Shown here piece by piece: positions 57,351 to 64,000 of a stretch of 64,000 nucleotides of DNA. A program made the position numbers and the translations under genes. Source of the stretch: Candidatus Micrarchaeia archaeon (GTDB taxonomy: Archaea > Micrarchaeota > Micrarchaeia > Burarchaeales > JACRGF01); NCBI GenBank assembly GCA_038870455.1, contig JAWCPB010000001.1, forward strand, positions 21,449 through 85,448, given 5' to 3'. The notes under the pieces are model-generated. The model was not told the DNA's origin, did not search any database, and saw only the letters and a list, made by a program, of their open reading frames with translations. Position 1 is the first letter of the stretch; every line of letters begins with the position of its first letter.

Positions 57351-57872
57351 ATGGCCGACCTCGCATATTTCCTCGAACTATTCATATTCATACTCCCCGC
57401 GTACTTCGCAAACTCCACGCCGGTCATCTTCGGGGGAGGCACGCCCGTTGATTTCGGCGTAAAGCTGTGGGACAGGCGGAGGCTCTTCGGCGACGGAAAG
57501 ACGTGGAGGGGCCTCGCGGCCGGCTTCATTCTCGGAACAGCCGCAGGCTTCGTGGTGGCGTCCTACAAGGCGAGCGGTGACTACTTCGTCCTCGCGCCCC
57601 TGCTCGCCGGCGGCGCGCTGCTCGGCGACCTCCTCGGCTCGTTCATAAAAAGGCGCATGGGAATGCGCAGTGGCCAGCCCTCCCTGTTCATGGACCAGCT
57701 GCTTTTTCTCTTCACAGCCCTCGCCCTCGCCTTTCCCGTTCTCGCAAAACCAAGCCCGCCCATCACGCTCACGCCCGAGGGCCTTGTTTTCCTCGTCATC
57801 CTCACCTACGTTCTTCACGTTGGGGCAAACTGGCTGGCGAACCGGCTGGGGCTCAAGAGAGTGCCGTGGTAA
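57351..57872 (+). CDS. carS: CDP-archaeol synthase
   Basis: PAYFANSTP, PVDFG, GDGKTWRG, GDLLGSFIKRR, DQL, terminal VPW. Confidence 0.92.
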   Translation: MADLAYFLELFIFILPAYFANSTPVIFGGGTPVDFGVKLWDRRRLFGDGKTWRGLAAGFILGTAAGFVVASYKASGDYFVLAPLLAGGALLGDLLGSFIKRRMGMRSGQPSLFMDQLLFLFTALALAFPVLAKPSPPITLTPEGLVFLVILTYVLHVGANWLANRLGLKRVPW

Positions 57873-57882
57873 GCCAGGCGAC

Positions 57883-58110
57883 ATGATCCGCCTCCGCAGC
57901 GAAACCGCGGCAAAACTCGCCGCGCTTCGCGAGTACGCCCGTGAGACTTACGACGAGCTGATCAACAAACTACTGGGACTTGTGCCCCTTGGCGATGAAG
58001 AGGGTGCGTCCACCGCAGAATTTCGCGCGAGCTGGATGCGCGCGCACGAGGATTTGAGAAAGGGGCGAGTGGTTTCCCACGCTGAAGTGCAGAGAAGGCT
58101 GGGGTTGTAG
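57883..58110 (+). CDS. putative antitoxin
   Basis: ETYDELINKLL, GRVVSHAEVQRRLGL. Directly upstream of a RelE-like ORF. Confidence 0.75.
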   Translation: MIRLRSETAAKLAALREYARETYDELINKLLGLVPLGDEEGASTAEFRASWMRAHEDLRKGRVVSHAEVQRRLGL

Positions 58111-58111
58111 C

Positions 58112-58354
58112 GTGGCCTTTGCCATAGAGTGGTCCGAAGAGGCTCTTCGGCAGCCGGCTCGAGCACGAAGACGCCGAACGCTTGGTGAAAAACTCGAGGA
58201 AGCTGCGAATCCCCAGCACTTTTTCAAGCGCCTTGCCGGCCGCTCGGAATGGAAGCTGCGGGCTGGATATCACCGGTTGATTGCGTACGTTTCGTTTTTA
58301 AACAAGAGAATTTTCGTAGTGACACTTGGACACAGAAAAATTATATACAAATAG
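58112..58354 (+). pseudogene. RelE/ParE-family toxin, probably degenerate
   Basis: IEWSEEAL, NPQHFFKRL, KLR, VVTLGHRKIIYK. The internal helix reads family-like only in a shifted frame. Confidence 0.65.
58335..58347 (+). promoter_or_regulatory. BRE/TATA promoter of the tRNA gene
   Basis: GAAAAA-TTATATA about 25-35 nt upstream of the tRNA 5' end. Confidence 0.6.
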
Positions 58355-58370
58355 CGTTCATAATAATCAA

Positions 58371-58493
58371 AGCCCCGTCGTCTAGTGGTCAAGGATAGCG
58401 GGCTCTGGAAAACCTTTCGCCGGCGAACCGGCAAAAGCGTTTACGGAAAAACGGTGAAACCCGCGGACATCGGTTCGAATCCGGTCGGGGCTA
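58371..58493 (+). tRNA. tRNA-Gln(CTG) with a 50-nt intron (58409-58458) at canonical position 37/38
   Basis: Acceptor AGCCCCG/CGGGGCT+A (A1-U72), D-arm TAGTGGTCAAGGA, anticodon stem GCGGG/CCCGC, loop CT-CTG-G|A, T-loop TTCGAAT. CCA not encoded. Confidence 0.92.
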
Positions 58494-58508
58494 TTCGAAC
58501 CCAGGGGG

Positions 58509-58563
58509 CCGAACCGCGGGAACCTACGGTTCTCCCAGTTTGAGGTCCCCCCAGACCCCTCCC
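58509..58563. repeat. hairpin repeat, module B
   Basis: 49 of 55 nt identical to 35904-35958. Confidence 0.88.
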
Positions 58564-58571
58564 TTGTTGAT

Positions 58572-58811
58572 TTGATGAAGCAAAACGCGCGGCATCGCTT
58601 CAAAGAACATTGGCTTCGGTCGCTGGTCAAGACGATTACGTACAGGCTCGCGATTCTCATACTCGATTTTGCGGTCGTGTATCTGCTCACCGGAAGGCTC
58701 GAGATTGCGGCGTGGTTCATGCTCGCCAGCAACACTTACACGAGCATAGGCTATTACTTGCATGAGAGAATCTGGGATAAAATAGCGTGGGGAAAAAAGC
58801 GGGACAGTTAG
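58572..58811 (+). CDS. DUF2061-like small membrane protein
   Basis: RSLVKTITYR...YLLTG...YYLHERIWDKIAWG. Confidence 0.82.
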   Translation: MMKQNARHRFKEHWLRSLVKTITYRLAILILDFAVVYLLTGRLEIAAWFMLASNTYTSIGYYLHERIWDKIAWGKKRDS

Positions 58812-58812
58812 C

Positions 58813-59937
58813 CTACTTCTTTTTCGGCCTGCCTCTCTTCGCCTTCTTTTTGGGCCTGAAAACGCTGGGAAGCCTCTTCTCCGGAGGCTTTTTCTCCTCC
58901 TCTTCCTCCTTAACGAGCTCTTCTTCTTTTTCCTCAGGCTCGCCTACTGTAATCCGGAGAATTTCAGTGGGCTTTTCCGGCTCGGCCGGCGGCGTGATTT
59001 CGGCGGCGTCCTTCGCCTTCTCGAATTCTGCTGTAACGGGCTCGTCGGGCTCAGGCTGAGACGAAGACTCGGTGCCCGCTTTTGGGAAGGGTGGCTGCGG
59101 AGGCAACACCGGCGGCTCTTCCTTGGGCCTCGTTGCATAGAAGTAGAATCCCCACACGAGCGCCACGAGCACGAGCAGGGCGAAGGCCAGGAAAAGCGGA
59201 AGCAAATCAACTATCTTGTTCGCTTCAGGCGGGAGGTCTTTCCTCAGCGCGGCGGTTATCGTGAGGGGCGCTTCCGCGGCGGCAACTTTTGTAGTGAGCT
59301 GCCCCTGCGACAGGGAAACGCCGTCGTCCCTCGCGATGTAAGAGTAGAATCCCTCGCTTGAGGCCTTGAAGCTTGCCAAGCCCGCCGGGTTGGTGACCAG
59401 CGTGAAAGTGCTCTCGGGCCCCTGCACTTCGATGCGCGCCCCGGAGAGCGGCGTGCCGTCGAGCGCGCGCAGCTCGAGCACGACATTCCCGCCCAGCTCA
59501 GCCTGCGCAGGGGCCTTCAGTCGCGCGAGGATCGGCAGCGCAGAAACAACGGGGGCCGGCCACGCGCTTTCCGAAACGTTCCTCCACTCGCTGAGCTCGA
59601 AGGCAAAACGCTCGCTCGCGCCCGCCGCGATGTTCGACAGCGTGCAGGAGACGAGGAGGTCAGCCGCAGTGCAAATCGGGAGGACGCTGGCCTGCGAGCC
59701 GGCGTGCTCGGAGGGAAGCGTTTGGTTGATCACGAGCGTTCTCATCGCCGAATCGCGGAGGTTTGTTATCGTGAAGTCAATGCGTGTCTTGCAGACCGTT
59801 TTCGAGGCGTGGGTGATCGCATCGACAACCTGGCTGCAGACGGGGCTTATCGCGCGAGAGACGCCGACATCCGGAGCCGCGTAGGCCAGGCTGGCAAGCA
59901 AAAAGATGAAGAGCGCTGTCTTGGGCAGGCTGGTCAT
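58813..59937 (-). CDS. surface protein (signal peptide, Ig-like domains, TM helix, charged cytoplasmic tail)
   Basis: Signal peptide, beta-rich body, one TM helix, P/E/K-rich tail. Confidence 0.75.
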   Translation of the reverse strand: MTSLPKTALFIFLLASLAYAAPDVGVSRAISPVCSQVVDAITHASKTVCKTRIDFTITNLRDSAMRTLVINQTLPSEHAGSQASVLPICTAADLLVSCTLSNIAAGASERFAFELSEWRNVSESAWPAPVVSALPILARLKAPAQAELGGNVVLELRALDGTPLSGARIEVQGPESTFTLVTNPAGLASFKASSEGFYSYIARDDGVSLSQGQLTTKVAAAEAPLTITAALRKDLPPEANKIVDLLPLFLAFALLVLVALVWGFYFYATRPKEEPPVLPPQPPFPKAGTESSSQPEPDEPVTAEFEKAKDAAEITPPAEPEKPTEILRITVGEPEEKEEELVKEEEEEKKPPEKRLPSVFRPKKKAKRGRPKKK

Positions 59938-59999
59938 GTCTAACTTGTTTGCCGATTCCTGTATTTAAAGATTTGGGGGAGAAATTTTCACGTGGTCGC

Positions 60000-61208
60000 A
60001 TGCTTCTCGTCAAGTACTCCGAGCCCCTGTTGAAAAGCAGGGAAGTGCGCCTGCGCCTCGAGCGCATGCTGTTGGAAAGGATAAAGGCCGCTCTGAGCGA
60101 GGGGGAGGCAGGCGGCGGCGAGCACGGAGACGAGCGCAGGGATGCGAGCAGGAAGGCGGCGGGCGAGGGCGCGCGTGAAAAAACGGCTTTCGGCAGCGTG
60201 AGGATTGAGAAAGAAGGCGGAGTTTTACGCATCGCCTGCGAGAAAGAGGAGGAGGCGGCGCGCAGGCTCCAGCGCGTTTTCGGGCTGGCGAGCATCGCGG
60301 TCTGCGAAGAGGTTCCTGCGGACTTGAAGGCGATGGCGGAAGCGGGCGTGCGGGCTGCGGAAGAATGGCGTGGGCGAGGCGGGCTCGGTAAAGAAGCGGC
60401 CGTGCGGGCTGCGGGAGAGCGGCGCAGCTCTTTTGCTGTGAGGGCAAAGAGGACGGGCGAGCATGCTTTCACGAGCGAGGATGTGGGGAGGGTTGTCGGC
60501 AAAGCCATTGTCGATGCGACGGGCCTGCGCGTTGATTTGGAGAAGCCTGACAACGAGCTGTTTGTTGAGGTGCGGGGCGAGCGGGCCTTCGTTGCAAAAA
60601 AGCTTTTCGACGGGGCGAAGGGCCTTCCCCTTGGCTCTCAGGGAAGCATGGTCGCGCTCCTCAAAGGAAGCGCGAGCGCCCTCGCGGCGTGGATGCTGAT
60701 GAGGAGAGGGTGCGCGGTGATTGCGTTGCATGCGAGGGAGAGCGAGGAGAGCGAGAGGAAGGCGGTCGAGGCGGCGAAGGCGCTGCGCGCGTGGCACATC
60801 GGAAGGAAAATGACCATGCTTGTGGCAGAGGCTCCGAGCTTGGGCGGCTTGGGCGCTGGAGAAAAGAAAGTTGCCTTCAACAGGTTTCTTGCGAGGGTCG
60901 CGTCAGAGATTGCAGGGAAGAAACGCGCGAGCGGAATAATCTCTGGCGAGAGAGTGAAGCTGGATGACAACGCGCTCAAGGCCATCGCGAGCGCAAACAA
61001 CGCGTCTGCGCTTCCCGTCCACAGGCCCCTGTTATTCCTCGAGGATGAAGTCGAGGAAATCGCGGGGAAAGCCGGGCTGGAGGTGGCGCGCGAGCCCGGG
61101 CGGATTCCGCCTTTCGACGAGGAGGCCGTGCTTGCATGGGAGGAAAGAATAAATGCTGAAAAGGCGGCAAAGGAAGCCGCAGCTGGTGCAATGGAGGTTC
61201 TGCCGTGA
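60000..61208 (+). CDS. THUMP-domain ThiI-like protein with degenerate PP-loop
   Basis: LLVKYSE, RVFGL, SFAVRAKR, VDLEKPD, GAKGLPLGSQG, AAWMLMRRG, PVHRPL. SGGIDS absent. ATG 60000 preferred. Confidence 0.85.
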   Translation: MLLVKYSEPLLKSREVRLRLERMLLERIKAALSEGEAGGGEHGDERRDASRKAAGEGAREKTAFGSVRIEKEGGVLRIACEKEEEAARRLQRVFGLASIAVCEEVPADLKAMAEAGVRAAEEWRGRGGLGKEAAVRAAGERRSSFAVRAKRTGEHAFTSEDVGRVVGKAIVDATGLRVDLEKPDNELFVEVRGERAFVAKKLFDGAKGLPLGSQGSMVALLKGSASALAAWMLMRRGCAVIALHARESEESERKAVEAAKALRAWHIGRKMTMLVAEAPSLGGLGAGEKKVAFNRFLARVASEIAGKKRASGIISGERVKLDDNALKAIASANNASALPVHRPLLFLEDEVEEIAGKAGLEVAREPGRIPPFDEEAVLAWEERINAEKAAKEAAAGAMEVLP

Positions 61209-62356
61209 AGCTGGCCGTACTCAGCGACTTTCACCTCGGGTACGAGAGGTTCGAGGAGGACGCGCTCGCGCAGGCCAGCGAAGCCTTTTCCATGGCGCTC
61301 GAGTCCGCTGACCTAATCATCATCGCGGGCGACATCTTTGACTCGAGGACTCCCGGAAACGAGGTGCTGGCGAGCGCGATAAGGCTGTTTCGGAAGGGCG
61401 CGGGAAAAGCCGGGGCAAAGCGCGTTGATGGCAGGGGCCCGCCCATAGTCGCCATTCACGGCACGCACGAGAGAAGGGCGAAAGGGTTGGTGAACCCCGT
61501 TGAAATTTTGGATGCCGCGGGTCTGCTGGTCAATGTTCATGCAGGCAAAGCGGTTTTTGAGAAGGACGGCGGGAGGATTGCGGTTCACGGGCTTGGCGGG
61601 GTTCCGGAAGACTATGCAAGGGATGCTGTCGGGGGCGGGCGGTTCAAGCCCGTTGAAGGGTGCTTCAACGTGTTCGTTTTCCACCAGTCCCTCAAGGAAC
61701 TCCTTCCGTTCAGCGAAAGTTTCATGAGCGTCGAAGACCTGCCGGAAGGATTTGACCTGTACATCAACGGGCACCATCACAGGGCGGAAGTGATGGAGGC
61801 CCATGGCAAAAAGCTGCTCTTGCCTGGAAGCACGGTTGTCACGCGGATGAAGAAGGAAGAAGCCGGCAAAAAAGGATTTTATTTATTCGATACGGCAACC
61901 GGGAGAGAAGAATTCGTTTCGATTCCGGCGCGGGCCTTTTTCTGCGAAGAGGTTGAGGTGAAGGATGCAAAGATAGAGGAGGCGGCAGCCGCGGTGAGAA
62001 AAGCCGCGGAAAGGCTTGCCGCAAAAGCCCCGAACCCGCTGGTGAAAATCTATGTGAAGGGAACGCTTGCGAAAGGCCTCGAGCCGGCAAACCTTGATTT
62101 CAGGTCCATAGAAAAGAGCTTCGAGGGAAGGGCGTACGTGGAAATAGAGTCAGAGCTCGCCTCCGTGTCTTTGAGCGACAGAATTGCGCTCCTGCGGGAG
62201 CTGCGGCGGAAAAAGCTTTCAGTAAAGGAAATGGGCATGGAAATACTCAAGGCGAGGCTGAAGGAAGCGGGCGTGCCGACAAAGGACGCGGAAGAGATTT
62301 TCAACCTGCTTGCAACGAACCCGGAGGCCGCGCTCAAGAAGTTCTTCGGGGAGTAG
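61205..62356 (+). CDS. mre11: Mre11/SbcD-family DNA repair nuclease
   Basis: SDFHLG, AGDIFD, HGTHE, FHQ, NGHHH, LPGS. Confidence 0.85.
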   Translation: MKLAVLSDFHLGYERFEEDALAQASEAFSMALESADLIIIAGDIFDSRTPGNEVLASAIRLFRKGAGKAGAKRVDGRGPPIVAIHGTHERRAKGLVNPVEILDAAGLLVNVHAGKAVFEKDGGRIAVHGLGGVPEDYARDAVGGGRFKPVEGCFNVFVFHQSLKELLPFSESFMSVEDLPEGFDLYINGHHHRAEVMEAHGKKLLLPGSTVVTRMKKEEAGKKGFYLFDTATGREEFVSIPARAFFCEEVEVKDAKIEEAAAAVRKAAERLAAKAPNPLVKIYVKGTLAKGLEPANLDFRSIEKSFEGRAYVEIESELASVSLSDRIALLRELRRKKLSVKEMGMEILKARLKEAGVPTKDAEEIFNLLATNPEAALKKFFGE

Positions 62357-63737
62357 CCATCCTCCCGAGCTTTCTCTGCAAATCCGCAAAGTCAGCGAGT
62401 TTTTCAGCGGCTTTCATGGCCGCGGTGGGCGAGTGGTAGGTGGGAATGCGGTAGCTCTCCAGAATGCGCCTGTGCAGCTCGGTGTACTCCCCGCCCGTCG
62501 AGACCACGATGATGGGCTTCCTCCTCTCATCCGCTGCTTTTGCGATGACATTCACAACGCGCGAGTCGATCGAGACGGTCTGGAACAGAACGGTTATCAC
62601 GAGGATATCAATGTTGTCGTCCGCCATGAGCGCCTCGAGCGCAATCCTGTAGCGCTCGGCGTCCGCATCGCCAACCAAGTCGAGAGGGTTTTTGAGGTTT
62701 GCGTAAGAAGGAAGCGCGGGCTCCAGGGCTTTTTTCGTTTTCTCGCTGAACTCGGCGAGCTCCAGGTGAAACTCCTCAATCGCATCGGCAGCGAGAACGG
62801 CGTATCCGCCCCCGTTTGTTATCACGCCCACCCTCCTCCCTTGTGGAAGAGGCTGGTCGAACGCCTTCGCAAAGTAAAAGAGTTCCATGAGCGTGTGCGC
62901 CTCGATGGCCTTGGCCTGCTTGAAAACCGCCCTGTAGGCTTCGGCGCTGCCCGCCAGCGAGCCCGTGTGCGAGAGCGTCGCCTCCGCGCCCCGCCTGCTC
63001 ACGCCTGCCTTGAGGAAAATGGTGGGCTTTTGTTTGGCGACTTCCTTGAGGGCGGAGAAAAACTCTTTCCCCCTGCGCACGCCCTCTATGTAACCCACGA
63101 TGATGCGCGTCTGCGGGTCTTCGGCGAAATAGCGCAGGAGGTCCGCCTCGTCAATAACGGTGGCGTTCCCGTAGGAAACGAACTTGCTTACTCCAATGTG
63201 GTAGTGCGCGGCGAGGTCGACGATGCAGCTGCCGACCGCCCCGCTCTGGCTCATAAAGCCGATGTCCCCGACAGGCGGGCGGCCCATCTTGAAGAGAGGA
63301 AGGAAAATGCAGTCGAACCTCGTGGCCGGATTGAGCACGCCCAGGCAGTTCGGGCCGATGACCGCAAGCCCGTATTCTTTCGCGATTGAGGCGATTTCTT
63401 CCTCTCCCTTTGTGTTGCCCACTTCGGAAAACCCCCCGCTGATGACCACCGCGCCCCCGAGCCCCTTCTCGCCGCACTCCCGCAGCACGCCGGGAACGGC
63501 GGCAGCGGGCACGGCTATCACCGCGCAATCCACCTTTTCCTTGATGTCCCCGACGCTTGCATAGCACCGCAGGCCCAGCAGCTCTTCCGCCTTTGGATTG
63601 ACGGGAAACACCTTGCCCGCGAAGCCGCCATCGACAAAGTTCTTGAGAATGGTGTGGCCGATCTTCCCGGGATCGCGCGATGCCCCGACCACGGCCACGC
63701 TTTTCGGCGCGATGATCGCCTCAAGATTGTAGTTCAC
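62334..63737 (-). CDS. acdA: acetate--CoA ligase (ADP-forming) subunit alpha
   Basis: VAVVGASR, GGFSE, IGPNCLG, SQSGA, phospho-His SHTGSLAG, NPLDLVGDA. Confidence 0.92.
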   Translation of the reverse strand: MNYNLEAIIAPKSVAVVGASRDPGKIGHTILKNFVDGGFAGKVFPVNPKAEELLGLRCYASVGDIKEKVDCAVIAVPAAAVPGVLRECGEKGLGGAVVISGGFSEVGNTKGEEEIASIAKEYGLAVIGPNCLGVLNPATRFDCIFLPLFKMGRPPVGDIGFMSQSGAVGSCIVDLAAHYHIGVSKFVSYGNATVIDEADLLRYFAEDPQTRIIVGYIEGVRRGKEFFSALKEVAKQKPTIFLKAGVSRRGAEATLSHTGSLAGSAEAYRAVFKQAKAIEAHTLMELFYFAKAFDQPLPQGRRVGVITNGGGYAVLAADAIEEFHLELAEFSEKTKKALEPALPSYANLKNPLDLVGDADAERYRIALEALMADDNIDILVITVLFQTVSIDSRVVNVIAKAADERRKPIIVVSTGGEYTELHRRILESYRIPTYHSPTAAMKAAEKLADFADLQRKLGRMATPRRTS

Positions 63738-64000
63738 TGCGTCACCATTCTCACATCAACGATTTCATAACCCTCTGGGTGCGCGATGACCGGATTGAAG
63801 TCCAGCTCCTTTATGTCCTGGTTTTCCGAGAGCAGCCTGCCTGTTTTCACTAGGAGGTCGGCGAGCGCGGCGAGGTCAATCGGTTTCATCCCGCGCGCGC
63901 CGGACAGGATGGGAAAGCCCTTTATCTCCCGAATCATCTCCTCCGCATCCTCATGATTCACTGGGCAGACGCGTATGGACACGTCGCGCAGGATTTCCAC
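63734..64000 (-). CDS. acdB: acetate--CoA ligase (ADP-forming) subunit beta, partial (C-terminus only)
   Basis: EILRDVS, LSGARG, IKELDFNPV, VDVR. Runs off the window end. Confidence 0.88.
   Translation of the reverse strand: MEILRDVSIRVCPVNHEDAEEMIREIKGFPILSGARGMKPIDLAALADLLVKTGRLLSENQDIKELDFNPVIAHPEGYEIVDVRMVTQ

Noticed and set aside
57883-58563. Integrated element at tRNA-Gln (TA pair next to a tRNA)
   Set aside because: No integrase and no duplicated tRNA 3' end (att site) were found in the window.
58382-58735. Minus-strand ORF sharing FSVNAFAGSPAKG with ORF 35707..36195
   Set aside because: The shared peptide is only the translation of non-coding repeat module A, and the ORF lies antisense to the tRNA.

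Overview
Gene-dense, GC-rich archaeal chromosome segment. It is probably DPANN, and Micrarchaeota-like by inference from gene content only. Housekeeping genes include two tandem ftsZ, leuS, rps6e, aIF2-gamma, rpl10e, gatCAB, the CCA-adding enzyme, smc, mre11, carS, sppA and ADP-forming acetate-CoA ligase. There is also a complete glycine-cleavage/lipoate-salvage operon, seven class III signal-peptide (pilin-like) genes, two toxin-antitoxin pairs and an intron-containing tRNA-Gln(CTG). The main observations are: (1) an operon of six tandem paralogous polytopic membrane proteins (CedA/VirB6-like by motif) ending in a VirB11/TadA-family ATPase, a candidate contact-dependent secretion or DNA-transfer machine; (2) a modular family of short hairpin repeats dispersed in intergenic DNA, one copy of which makes up most of the tRNA-Gln intron; (3) perfectly identical 34-40 nt tracts between the two FtsZ2-like paralogs, suggesting gene conversion; (4) a CBS + HPF/RaiA-like protein; (5) a ThiI homolog lacking its PP-loop; (6) a RelE toxin carrying two compensating frameshifts. 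No rRNA, CRISPR array, transposase or integrase was seen. All calls come from motif recognition by eye, with no database searches.
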